NCBI GenBank assembly: GCA_951406725.2
Contig: OX597826.1
Location: forward strand, 36,580,001 to 36,644,000
Reading direction: 5' to 3'
Length of the DNA: 64,000 bases
Source of the DNA: Octopus vulgaris
Lineage: Eukaryota
The position numbers were made by a program, and so were the translations under genes. Below the pieces are notes generated by a model that saw only the letters and a list, made by a program, of their open reading frames with translations, searched no databases and was not told the origin of the DNA. Positions 39,214 to 51,755 of this stretch are shown piece after piece (positions within the stretch are counted from its first letter, which is position 1; every line of letters begins with the position of its first letter).

Positions 39214-39220
<7 letters not shown>
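38920..39220 (+). mobile_element. probable Penelope-like pseudo-LTR / 3' region
   Basis: Pyrimidine-rich tract containing a minimal hammerhead and ending in (TA)n, the architecture described for PLE pLTRs. Confidence 0.55.
39085..39119 (+). ncRNA. minimal type I hammerhead motif (U4C variant)
   Basis: GUUU-CCGACGA-A-GAGC[UCC]GCUC-GAAA-CG-UC-AUAC. Confidence 0.65.
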
Positions 39221-39280
<60 letters not shown>

Positions 39281-40479
39281 CTTTGAAGTTCATTAACAGG
39301 AAGTGTTTTTGAGTAGGCATTTAAAAGTTTCTATTTTTTTATGCCGGCTTCAGCTTAATGATACCAAGAGACAATAGCAATCCTTTGACGTTGTACTGAG
39401 CTGTGCCAATATAATGTACGATAAATATAGTAATATTATAATAATGATAATAATCCATAAATGGATTTTATAAATATTTTAATACATACAAGTATGCGTA
39501 CACACATACTTACATAATGTTTCTTACAATCATAGTCTGCTGCCCACAGAATTGAATGTATGAATATGATCCACCCACTGTCTATGGATACTATGAACTG
39601 TACTGTAATCATCACAGGAATGTGGACTATGATCATAAGAAACATGGGATTTGTGGAAACAGGCATAGTCGTGCACTAAAATATTTATAAATTCCGTCCA
39701 TGAATTATCGTTATTATTATTATTATTACTTTATATATCTGTTGATTATTTGCATAACAATTATCCAAACTTCTGCTCAGCTAGTTACACATATATGTTT
39801 GTGTGTGGGTGTGTGTGTGTACATTGGTAGAATTAAGTGTTAGGTGAACATAGATTTTTTTACTTATTGCTTCGTGTCTGAGCTAACAATTCAGACATTC
39901 AACGGACGATATATGACTACCGGCATACATCCACAAAGGAATACAAATTGATCTTCTTAGAACATGTCTGAGCTTAATGTGATGTGATTAATGACTAATC
40001 TGACACAATGGTATGAATGATGATATCAAGTAAATTTTGCATGAGCTGAGACATAGCACCAAGCTGGAAAAGAATCACAGGAATTTAATGATTTCAAATA
40101 AGAGATTACTCCAAGTTTATCTACGTCATTCTACAATCCTATTAAAACCAAGCGAGAGCTGCAGAGTAAGTTTCATGGTTTCAGATTGCTAAGATACAAA
40201 ATAAATTTCAGATGAAAAACTAAATTAATTAAAAAGTTTATAAAAATAAATCATGCAATCAAGTAAAATTTAATTAATATTTAATTTAATTCAATTTGCA
40301 GTGTTTTGATTCTCTTTAGGAAGTTGTAGAAATAACTTGGACGAAATTATTGTATAGTTTGTTAAATCTCATTATATACAGTCTTGGTTTTTTTCTAGAG
40401 ATTGAATATATGTCAGTAGCTTCGTAAATGTGTATGTGTATATATATATGTGTGTGTGTGTGTGTGTATGTGTATTTCT

Positions 40480-40705
40480 GCCTGTCTGACTTGACAGTTT
40501 GTGATAGTCGTAAACAAGTATCACCCTTATACAAATGCTGTCCTTCATTTCCAAATCGTTTTTGTAAACATGTCCAGCCCAGGGCTTGGAAACAGGTGAA
40601 GGTTGGCAAGAGGAAGAGTCATCCCAACCATAGAAAATCTACCTCAGTGAATTCCATCTGATCCATGCAGTCATCATAAAGTGTACGTTAAAACATGACG
40701 ATGAA
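40480..40705 (+). mobile_element. SINE 3' part with family D-like RTE tail
   Basis: ggaaacaggtgaaggttggcaagaggaagag...tccatgcag...acgttaaaacatgacgatga; related degenerate copy near 56400-56620. Confidence 0.6.
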
Positions 40706-40781
40706 GAAGTGCACAATACATGCATGTGTAAACCAGGATCCACTTCATTGTCTTCTCTATACTATTTCCCTCATTCTCTAT

Positions 40782-40782
<1 letters not shown>

Positions 40783-40812
<30 letters not shown>

Positions 40813-41014
40813 CCATAATTGTCATCATCACCATCATCATCATCATCACCACCATCATCATCATCATCATCAATCATCATCATCATCATCATCATCATCA
40901 CCATAATTGTCATCATCACCTCATCATCATCATCATCATCATCATCACCGTTGTTGTCGTCATCATCATCATCATCATCACATCATCGTGGACGTCATCA
41001 ACATCATCATCATC

Positions 41015-41049
<35 letters not shown>

Positions 41050-41230
41050 TATCATCATCATCATCATCGTCATCATCATCATCATCACCATCATCATCAT
41101 CGTCGTCATCGTCATCATCATCAACAACATCGTCATCACCATCATCATCATCATTGTCGTCATCATCATCATCATCATCATCGTCATCATCATCACTGTC
41201 ATCATCATCATCGTCGTCATCGTCATCATC
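40783..41230. repeat. (CAT)n microsatellite of about 450 bp
   Basis: Direct reading; contiguous with the family D tail at 41225. Confidence 0.95.
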
Positions 41231-41415
41231 TTTTAATATACATTTTCTATGCTGGCATGGGTCAGATGGTTTGACAGGAAGTGGAAGGCACCAAGCTTAA
41301 GTGTCTGTTTTCACATGGTATCAATGGTTGCATACCCTTCCTAATACCCACCACTTTAGAGTGTGTACTGAGTGCTTTTAATGTGGCACCAGCAGCAGTG
41401 AGGTCATCAAAGCCT
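41225..41415 (-). mobile_element. family D tail
   Basis: ttttctatgctggcatgggtcagatggtttgac...cccttcctaatacc...gtggcaccagca. Confidence 0.75.
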
Positions 41416-41719
41416 TTACATGACAAACCTATGACTTAAATCTGAGTGGAGAGAGAGAGAGAGAGAGAGAGAGATAGAACTGAAATAGAGAGTGACAGAG
41501 AGAGAGAGAAAAGAGAGAGGTGAGAGAGGGAGGGAAGAGAGGAGAGAGTGAGAGAGGGAGAGAGGAGAGAGGAGAGAGAGATAGAACTGAGAGAGAAGAG
41601 AGAGAGAGAAAGGATAGAGAGTGTGTGTGTGCATCTATGTGTGTATGTGTATGTGTGTGTGTGTATGTGAGCTTTCCATCTGTGTTCATCTGCTTGAGAA
41701 CCAGTGTTGGTATCTTCTT

Positions 41720-42086
41720 TTTTATTTCTTTATTTGCTTCAGTCATTTTGACTGTGGCCATGCTGGAGCACCGCCTTTAGTCAAGCAAAGCGACCCCAGG
41801 ACTTATTCTTTGTAAGCCTAGTACTTATTCTATCAGTCTCTTTTGCCGAACCACTAAGTTACAGGTATGTAAACACACTAGTATTGGTTGTCAAACAATG
41901 TTGGGGGACAAATACACACATATATATATACACTTACATAAAATGGGCTTCTTTCAGTTTCCGTCTGCCAAATCCACTCACAAAGCTTTGGTCAGCCCAA
42001 GGCTATCATAGAAGATAATTGCCGATTGATCCCGGACCCATGTGGTTGGTAAGTAAGCTACTTACCACACAGCCACTCCTGCACCT
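41720..42086 (-). mobile_element. full-length family C SINE
   Basis: Head ggtgcaggagtggctgtgtggtaagtagctt at 42086; tail tgctccagcatggccacagtcaaaatgactgaa. Confidence 0.9.
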
Positions 42087-42301
42087 ATGTTTACATCCCT
42101 GTAACTTAGCAGTTCAGCATTATATACCGATAAAATAAGTACCAAGCTTTAAAAACAATACAAGTCACTGGCTTGTTTTATTCAAGTAAAGTATGGAGGG
42201 GTCAGTGCTAAGCACTGATAAGTAAAATTACCTGTCTGAATATGATTGACACATATTTGAAAGAGGGAACAAGCTACTTACTGCATTTTGTCACAAAGAG
42301 T

Positions 42302-42732
42302 GGATCTTTTCGGTTTGAACGGCAGTTTTCAAGATAATTTCTAGGTAACTAAAAAATTTTAAAGTTCGTATACTGGTAGAATGTGTTTATAAAACATCCT
42401 TTTCTCTTGGCTTTATTGAGAAAATTCTATAGTTTGTAAGATATTTGTTGTTTTTTTTCTTCAATTTCTGCAATTTCAACCAATCACTGACGTCTATTGA
42501 GGCAAAAAGCATTCTGTGCCGTATGAATATGTCCCTCATTTAAGAAACAGATTGGGTTTATTTACATTTCTGAAGAAAAAAAGATACCCTTCCTCCCACC
42601 CCTAACCTTAACCCTAACCCTGTAACCCTAAAACAGATTGAAATGCAATAGATCGATACTAGGGTCATAATTATGGGTGACAATTTCATATGACACCGCT
42701 AGAAAAAACTGCCGTTCAAACCGAAAAGTTCC
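42302..42732. mobile_element. MITE with 28-bp TIRs and 8-bp TSD, Merlin-like
   Basis: TIR ggatcttttcggtttgaacggcagtttt / aaaactgccgttcaaaccgaaaagttcc (1 mismatch); perfect TSD caaagagt at 42294-42301 and 42733-42740. Confidence 0.9.
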
Positions 42733-42989
42733 CAAAGAGTATATCTCACTTGCTGACAAATGGGCTGGCTTATGGTAAATAAATATATGCTTTCTCCATT
42801 CCACTCCCCTAACTAATTTGAAGCACCATTCTGCAAGCGCTCTTCCTACCATTTTCTCCTTTTACTATCTTCTCCTCTTTTTTCTCTCTGTTCTTTCCTT
42901 ATCTTTTTCTTTGCTTTTTAATTCATTCTCTCCATTAGAGTCATTTAGTCTTTCTTCCACCGTTTTTTTCTCCTGCCTTTCCTTTGTGA

Positions 42990-43520
42990 TGCTGTCATAC
43001 ATGTGTCATGCCAAATAACGCAACATGGAATATTGTTATTACATTCAAATCATATAGTATATTACTACATGTGTTTACCGTTATTTTGTGTATCATGTAA
43101 GGTATATTATGTCATGGGTAAAATGCAGTGCACCAAATATTATTATTAGTGTGTTTACATGAGATATGGTGGATGCAGCTATTCTGTGAGTTTGGCATGT
43201 AGCACATTGCAACATGTGACACAGTTCGTGTGTGCCTTTTGTGATTATTGCTACATGCAATATGTTTAATTGTGTGTCATGTGAATGTTGCTACATTTGA
43301 TCTGTTACTCTATGTTATTTGAGTATTGCTACATGTGACTGTATTACTATGTATGTGTGCCATGCCAACAATGCTACATATGACAGTTTTATCATGTGTC
43401 ATGTGACTACTGATATATTGATGCATGTAATGTTGTTACTTTATATGTCATGTAGTGTATGTCCACATGTTATAATGTCATTGTGTATCAAGTAGTCTAT
43501 CCCTACATGTGACAATGTGA
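42990..43520. repeat. diverged minisatellite, unit about 38-45 bp
   Basis: gctaca anchor at 43250, 43290, 43328, 43373; recurrent tgtgtcatgt. Confidence 0.75.
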
Positions 43521-43662
43521 CAATAATTATTTATCTCATCAATTCTGGAATTTTCACAAATTATCTTAAAATATTATTTAAATATTATTTTTATATTAAG
43601 ATTCCCTTTTCCCCCTACATGAGTTGTATATTACAACATACATACATACATACATACATACA

Positions 43663-44939
43663 TCAGGTTGAATAAAAAGTAAGCAATGTTTTGAACCATG
43701 AAGAATTTGTACCAGATTTTTGCAGTTTTGAATTTTAAAAAAATTTTTTTTTTTTTTGGCAATTTTCTGATAATACAGTCGTAAACTTGCCCAAATGCAT
43801 TAATAAATTAACATTGATATTTCTTTTGACCGTTGTTACAATTGTCTGAAATGGAACTGTGAAAGTACAATATTCAAGCAATTTTGCTACTCAACTTTAA
43901 AAAAGGACGTAAAGCAGCTAAAACTGCTCACGATATCAACAAAACATTTGATGAGTAAATGACCAGTGAATGATCAGCTCGAAAATGGTTTGAACGATTT
44001 CACATCGGAGACCTGGACCTTGAAGATCGGGAGCATAATATAAGCACCCTACTGTCACCGATGATGGTCAATTAAAGACCGTCATTGAGAAAGATCCACA
44101 TAAAACCACTCGAGAACTGACAAAAGAACTTCAAGTTACCCAGAAAACTGCCTGCAACCATTTACATGTGATCAGAAAATCAAAAACGCTCAACAAATGG
44201 AAAATCAAAAACACTCGACAAATGAAAATCAGAAAATGTGCAGATAGGAAATTTGCTCGTCACTTCTTTGCAACCCGACCGATCCATTTCTCAACCATAT
44301 TGTAACTTGAATTCTGTGCAATAATAAAAAAAACATTCTTCACAATGGTTGGACCAAAATGAAGCACTGAAAACCTTCCCTAAACCTGAGCTCTTCAAAG
44401 AAAAGGTTATGGTGACTGTTTGGTAGTGTACTGCTGGACTCATCCACTATAACTTCTTAAAACCTGGAAAACCATTACGCCAGAAACATATTGCCATGAA
44501 ATTGCCAACATGAACGAAAAACTGCTACTCCTCCATCCCAGACTGGTCAACAGAAGAGGGCCAATCATTCTTCCTGACAATGTTCGACCACATGTTTCAT
44601 TAATGACACTCCAGAAGTTGTGGGAATTTGGCCACAAAGTTCATCTCCACCCAGTTTATTTTCCAGACCTTTCTCCTACCAACTACCACTTTTTCAAGCA
44701 CCTTGATGGTTTCCTGTGAAAGTAGTTCAAAATTCAAAGTGAAGCTGAAAGTTCATTCAAAGAGTTGATCAGCTCCAGAACTCCAGATTTTTATGTTACC
44801 GGAATAAAGAAACTTGTAATTGGTTGGCAAAACTCTGTTGATTGCAATAGTACTTACTTTGATGAATAAAAGTTCCGCATTGTTGAAATATATTGTGATG
44901 AACTTCATGTTTCAAAACGTTGCTTACTTTTTACTCAGC

Positions 44940-44943
<4 letters not shown>
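43663..44943 (+). mobile_element. full-length mariner transposon (Hsmar1/cecropia-like), defective
   Basis: 41-bp TIRs tcagg(t/c)tga(a/g)taaaaagtaagcaa(t/c)gttttgaa(c/a)catgaag (37/41); TA on the right, CA on the left. Confidence 0.93.
43851..44869 (+). pseudogene. mariner transposase pseudogene
   Basis: FKKGRKAAKTAHDINKTF...KWFERF; GPIILPDNVRPH...PDLSPTNYHFFKHLDGFL; WQNSVDCNSTYFDE*; multiple stops and frameshifts. Confidence 0.93.
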
Positions 44944-45026
<83 letters not shown>

Positions 45027-45141
45027 CACACACACGCATATAAACAAGCAGAGAGATTTATGTATATCTGTATACATTACAAGTAGGAATAAAATGTAGA
45101 TGCACATATATATGATTTATATATATACATATACATACATA

Positions 45142-45177
<36 letters not shown>

Positions 45178-45340
45178 CATACATATATATGTGTGTGTGT
45201 ATAAGTATGTGAGTATATAGGCAATTCCAGTATATATGTATAAAGAAATACATATGTGTATGTGTGTGTGTGTATTTGTATGTGTGTATATATATATGTA
45301 TATATATATATATATATATATAGATAGATAGATAGATATC
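44944..45340. repeat. (TA)n-rich compound microsatellite
   Basis: Direct reading. Confidence 0.9.
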
Positions 45341-46354
45341 AAGAGAGGAAGACAAAAGGGAAAAGAGAAAGAAACAGCGAGATAATTCTGAAGTCAGGTG
45401 CACTTCTATAATAGGATCAATAGACATTCCATTCCACAGTTTATATAATTCGTTTCAATATTTGAAACACATATTTCTTTTATCTTATTTCATCACAAAT
45501 TTTTTTATTTTTGCTTTCCTTGTTATCATTGTCAATTGTTGCAGATTTTCTTTCTTTTCCTTATTTTTGTTTATTTATTTGTCGTTTGTTTCCGTTTCAT
45601 TTTTTTTCACCTTCAAAGATGTTTGCCTGAAGCCTAAAGACACACAAACAGGAGTCCCAATTTTATTTCGATTCCAACCAATTATCAAACTCTAAACTAA
45701 GAACTTAGTCCTTTGTCTATTAAACTCATATCGTTCTAGTTTAATAATATTGCTTCTTCAAATATGTTTTATTCTTCAAAATAAATATTACAAGAGATTT
45801 CTTTTTGGTCTTTTTTTTTTTTTGCATTCACTTTCACATATATTCTATATCTAACTCTATATTTACTGAGAAGGTCCAGTCAATCAAGTGCTGTTACAAT
45901 CACAAATGTACCGAGAAATAATAAACACTTTGCAAATTTTGACATTTTGGAAAACACAGCAAAAATACGTTGGTAGCAACATGACTGTATCTATATATGT
46001 ATCCACACATACACACACAGGTATATATGTATGCGTTTTGTATATATATATATATTTCTGTTATTTACTCGGTGCATGAGAGAAAGAGAGACAGACAGAC
46101 AAAGTAAAGGTGAGAGAGAGAGAGAGAGAGAGAAACAGTAAGGGTGAGAGAGGAAAAGAGAGGATGAGAGAGAGAAGGATAAGGGTGAGAAAGAGAGAGT
46201 AAGGGAGAGGGAGAGAGACAGTAAGGGCAAGAGAGAGTGAAGGGTGAGAGAGAGAGAATGAGGGGGAGAGAGAGTAAGGGAGGGGGAGAGAGTAAGGGTG
46301 TGAGAGAGAGAGGCTGACTTTCAGTTTTTATGTTTCTTTTATCCATTATCTTTT

Positions 46355-46520
46355 CCTTGTTTCAGTCATTAAACTGTGGCCATGCTGGGGCACTTCCTTG
46401 ATGGATTTAATCGAACAAATGAAGCCCAGTAGTTATATTTTTTGAATCTGGTACTTGTCTTAGTCTCATTTGCCAAACTGCTAAGTTACATAAACAAAGC
46501 AGTGGAGAGGGGGAGACACA
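46355..46520 (-). mobile_element. family C SINE 3' fragment
   Basis: cttgtttcagtcattaaactgtggccatgctggggcac...ctgctaagttac. Confidence 0.7.
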
Positions 46521-46546
46521 AAGACACATGCATACATGCACGCACT

Positions 46547-46577
<31 letters not shown>

Positions 46578-46629
46578 GGTAACTGTGGAATGGATAGACC
46601 CAGAAAAATGTGGGACAAAGTGGTAAGAA

Positions 46630-46812
46630 TGGGTGGCATGTAAAAAGCACCCACTACACTCTCGGAGTGGTTGGTGTTAGGAAGGGCATCCAGCTGTAGA
46701 ATCATTGCCAGATCGGATTGGAGCCTGGCATGGCCTCCTAGCATGCCAGTCTCCAGTCAAACCGTCCAACCTATGCCAGTATGGAAAATGGATGTTAAAT
46801 GATGATGATGAT
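46630..46812 (+). mobile_element. family D tail
   Basis: aaaaagcacccactacactctcggagtggttggtgttaggaagggcatccagctgtag...gttaaatgatgatgatga. Confidence 0.9.
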
Positions 46813-46924
46813 ATATGCACATCTATCTGTATATATATGGAATGCTATGGAACTCTACCATTACTTTATTCCATGAAGAGAAATTTTATTTTCCTTTTAG
46901 TTTATTCATCAGTGCTGTAACAGG

Positions 46925-47292
46925 CTCCCATGAAGGTGGCACATAAAAAGCAGCATTCAAGCTTGGTCGTTGCCAGAGTCACCTGATTCACTCCTGTGCC
47001 AGTGACACGTAAAAAGCACCATTCAAGTGTGGTCGTTGCTAGTGCTGCCTGACTGGCTCTAATGCTGGTGGAGCATAAAAAGCACCCATTACACTCTCAG
47101 AGTGGTTGGCATTAGGAAAGCATCCAGCTGTAGAAACCTTGGCAGATCAGATAGGAGCCCGGTGCAGCCTGGTGCAGCCTGCTGACTTGTCAGTCCTCAC
47201 TCAAACCGTCCAACCCAGGCCAGCATGGAAAGAGGACGTTAAACGATGATGATGACGACGACAACAACGATGATGATGATGATGATGATGAT
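46925..47292 (+). mobile_element. family D element with internal tandem units of about 60 bp
   Basis: Repeated ggtggcac(a/g)taaaaagcaccattcaag.gtggtcgttgc units before the tail and (GAT)n. Confidence 0.85.
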
Positions 47293-47815
47293 TAATTTAC
47301 CCATATATAATTTAACCCATCATTCATCATTATTACTATTGCTATTATTGAATTGAAATAAAAGGAATAATTTTAATGCATGCGTACACACACACATATA
47401 AATGCATAGTAAACATGTTTATATATTCTGTATTTTCTGCAAGTATCGTAATGTAATCCTTATTGTCTTCTGAACACTCAGATGATTTTTCTTATAAGGT
47501 ATTTAAAATACAAATTTATATTTTTATATATGTTTTATAATTTTAAACTTATTCGAGAAATGAAACAATTGTTGATTAATATGTTGATTAATTAAATTAT
47601 TTTTTTATCCATTGGATCTCTCTGTTTTCTAACTCAATAAAATTTTTGATATCTTATGGTAATCTATATAATATATATTCATTGAAGAATTATCTCTTCA
47701 AAATTTAATATATTAAACCAGTGTATCTTGGATAAATATCCCTACATAGAGGTTTGAATTTCTGCATTGTGACTATATACATATATACACATGTTTATCT
47801 CTTTCTATCTCTCTT

Positions 47816-47861
<46 letters not shown>

Positions 47862-47869
47862 AATAATAA

Positions 47870-47990
47870 TATTAGGGAGTATAACTCCAAACTAACAGGG
47901 AAAAATTCAATTTAGTATTAAATCAAATTTCCCAATATAGATATATAATATATAAATTAATAAATATTATAAATATATAATATATAAATT
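47870..47990 (+). mobile_element. AT-rich dispersed repeat fragment, possibly PLE-related
   Basis: aattaggga...tccaaact.acagggaaaaa...atttag.attaaatc shared with 58505-58590. Confidence 0.5.
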
Positions 47991-48054
47991 ATATATATAT
48001 ATATACTCTTTTACTTGTTTCAGTCATTTGACTGCGGCCATGCTGGAGCATATA

Positions 48055-48420
48055 TGTCCCTTGTGCTGGTGGCACGTACCTTTCCTTCAGTGGACACTAA
48101 ACTCTGCTTGCAAAGACCTGTTGAGGCAAGTGAAATTGAAATCAAATCAAATTTGCAAATTCGATGACTGGCATCCATGCCAGTGGAGTGCTAAGAGCAC
48201 AATCTGAGTGTGATCACTGCCAGAGCAGCTGACTGGCTTCCATGCTGGTAGCACATAAAAAGCACCATTTAAATATGATCATTATCAGCATCACCTTACT
48301 GGCACATGAAAAATATTTGAGCAAGATCATTACCAGTGCCGCTGGACTGGCTCCTGTGCAGGTGGCACGTAAAAAATACCACTTGAGTGTGGCCGTTGCT
48401 AGTACCACCTGACTGATGGT
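48055..48420 (+). mobile_element. family D internal region, older relative of the 53045-55388 array unit
   Basis: aagacctgttgaggcaagtgaaattgaaatcaaatcaaa followed by 60-bp units. Confidence 0.75.
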
Positions 48421-48527
48421 ACTAGCTCCCATTTGTTGGACAGATTTGTTAACAAAACTGTCCAACGAACGGGAACATGAAACTCCGAGTAACAGCTTTT
48501 GTTATATTTCTGCTGCTTTTAAGTAAA

Positions 48528-48583
<56 letters not shown>

Positions 48584-49472
48584 GTATGTATATTCAGAAA
48601 CACACATGCACACACATCTATGTATATATATGCATATATATATATGCACAAATATATGAAATGCATACAAACATATGTACGTTAATGTGCGATTTTGTGT
48701 GGGTGTTTGTATGTATTTGTATGTTTGCCTCAGAATACATGCTTATGTTTGTGTACATGTGTGTATGCATGCACGTGTGTGTATGTGTATGTAGGAAGGC
48801 ATGGCATCCAATGTGTTATAATTTTCATTGCTTCTTAGATCATTTAAGATATGAAGTTACATACAGCCACCAATCTTTACAAGCACAGAACTACTATGAC
48901 TACTACTGCTGCTGCTGCTGCTGTTGATGCTGCTACTGATACTACTGCTGCTGTTATAGTAAGAAGCAACACCTAATGAAACTATCAAAAATCAACAAAC
49001 AAATCCATTTTATTGGATAATTTTTATTTATATTTTGTATTAGTGTACTTCCTCCTTTTTTTTTTCTTCATTTATCAAAGGAAAGAAATATTTCTCTTAA
49101 GAAGGAAAAAATAAATCCGGTTCTTCTTAAATTCCACTTCAAAATAAAATGCGTGTGTGTGTGTATGTATCTTTGTGTATATATGTGTGTGTGCACATGC
49201 GCGCATGTGCGTGTACATGTTGTCGTGTATGTGTTTAGTTCAAATATTTACCACGACTTGTAAGAAATGTAATAAATATCTCTCTTTAGATTTCACTCAG
49301 TCTGATCCTCTCTATCTCTTCTCTATCTCATCTTGTATATTATTTACTCTTCTTCTTTCACACTCCCTGTCACTCCTTTTCTCTTTTCCATCCCCAATCA
49401 AACATGTCTGTGTGGTATGTATGCACAAATACATTTATGTGTGTGTTTGTATACACACACACCCACACACAA

Positions 49473-49517
<45 letters not shown>

Positions 49518-49534
49518 GAAGGAGAGAAAGTGAG

Positions 49535-49578
<44 letters not shown>

Positions 49579-49964
49579 GGAAAGTTAAAACTAAAATGTG
49601 ACCATGTGGGAGACGATTATCAGAAAAGGTGAACTAGACACGGAGTACCTCTCATTACTCATGGGCTCCAGGATTCACACAGTTTCAGCACGCTTAAGAG
49701 GCTTAATTACATGAAACTACTCTCTTGGTTGCACCAGTGATGGTAAACTTCAATGAAGTTAGTGATCAATGCAAAGGAAAATATCTTAGAACAAAAAGTA
49801 CACCAGAATACGAAATGAAGAATTAAGGACAAGATCCATGCAATACAGTTCAAAAGAGAACAAGTAATGTTATACACTTCAGCTCAGAAAAAAGACTGGG
49901 GCAATATCGGTACAAATGGTAGAAAAAAGATGTAACTCAGAATAAGATTTAGAAGAAAAAATAT

Positions 49965-49997
<33 letters not shown>

Positions 49998-50199
49998 AGA
50001 AAAAAAGGCTGAGGAAAAGAAAGACTAAGGGTCAATAAGAGCAGCGCTTCATGTTTGAAGCTCCAACAAACCTATAAGGTGATATACAAAGACTCAGCTA
50101 TGAGAGCATCTCATAGCAGAAACAGCTGTAAGCTAATGCAGGCTATTACAATAATGCAATAATATTGTAAATTCTCTCTTTGCTTCACTTGTACTTCAG

Positions 50200-50620
50200 G
50201 ATATCTTTTACCATCATACATTTCCAAAATCTCTTTAGTTCTTACCTTCAAGTTTTTCCCTCAGCTCACCTTCAAATGTTCTATGCCAGTTATTATTTGT
50301 ATTATTATATCCTGATCCATTCCAAGAAGAGTTACTTATCCGTTTGAGTCACCAATATTTTATTCCAAGGATCATAAAATTAAAATTAATTTTTTGCAGT
50401 ACAACACGCTTACTTAAGAATTTTGTGTATCAGAAGAAGCTGTGGCAAAATTCCTCCCAGCAGATTCTATTGCAAGACATTGCCCTTATTTTAATGTAAG
50501 GAGATCTGCCTCCATGTGATACAAACCTCCATTGGTTTCAGTTTTCTTAAATTCTGCTCCTTCTGTTCATCCATAGAATACAATGTTAAAATAAGAAACC
50601 CAGAAGACTATTGATCCAAT
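50200..50620 (-). mobile_element. old RTE-clade LINE remnant
   Basis: tgatccttggaataaaatattggtgactcaaacgg is homologous to tgattcttgaaataaaatattggtggctcagatgg near 2200. Confidence 0.4.
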
Positions 50621-50739
50621 AAACTATTAAATTAGTGATTGGCAACACTTTAATAGTCAGATAGAATAAATATACAAAAGACATATTAAAGTCAGTGACC
50701 CGCTTGGCTGTTACAATACTAAGATTTTATCATGGTAAT

Positions 50740-50972
50740 GAATGTGTATGTGTGTGTGTGTGTGCATGTGTATGCGTGTGCGTGTGTGTGTGTGTGAGTG
50801 CCTATGTGTACATGTATGAGGGTTAGTATGTCTGTTTGAATCTATATAAATAATATATACTTATGTGTGTGTCTGTGCGTGTGTGTATACATACATATAT
50901 ATATATGTATATGTATACATATGTATAAACTTCTAATAAATATGTATTTATGTTTGTGTATGCATGTATATA

Positions 50973-51041
<69 letters not shown>

Positions 51042-51124
51042 ATATATATGCACATGTACATATATATATATATGTATGTATGTGTGTATATATATATTTG
51101 TATATAGGTATATATATATATGTG

Positions 51125-51195
<71 letters not shown>

Positions 51196-51205
51196 ATGTG
51201 TATAT
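50740..51205. repeat. (TG)n/(TA)n compound microsatellite
   Basis: Direct reading. Confidence 0.9.
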
Positions 51206-51755
51206 GAAACTGTTTGATTTTAATATGTTTTTGATCTTATACTCTTCTTAAGATATATTTTTCAAATGTGTTTATCTAACTTGTTGTTTTTCTTCTAAAC
51301 ATAAATGTCTACACTGTGTCCAGTTAATGGTTGACAGTGTTTGATTATTAATTCTTTGGGTCAAAGGAGCCTTGCAAGACATCATATGAGTGGCTTTAGA
51401 AATGTATTAAACTGATAATGGTTATATATGATTTTGCTGTCAACACTCATGGGAAGTGTGGGTCGGGTATGTGATTGACTACCTCAGTTGTATCTATAAT
51501 CACTGACACACAATTATAAAAACAGTTTTTCACTTTTTATACACATGTACATACTTTTGAATGTACATACATTCAAATGTGTGTGTATGTATCTAGATTG
51601 GTATATATGAATATATGTATAAATCTGAAAGCTGCCAAACTCTCCTCTTGTGCAAACACCACAGATGTCAGGTTTGTTTTCAGGGATAAAGTACCAAAGA
51701 TCATGACATGCATTGAGATATTGAGAATGCATATATATATATATATATATATATA

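Noticed and set aside
39436-39690. Hydrophobic 76-aa minus ORF and a 44-aa plus ORF (MYEYDPPTVYGYY...)
   Set aside because: No recognised homology; short ORFs on both strands are uninformative
42600-42632. True telomere or chromosome-healing site
   Set aside because: Only a few imperfect units and internal to a TSD-flanked MITE
44510-44719. Domesticated SETMAR-like gene
   Set aside because: No SET domain; transposase riddled with stops and frameshifts; TIRs intact
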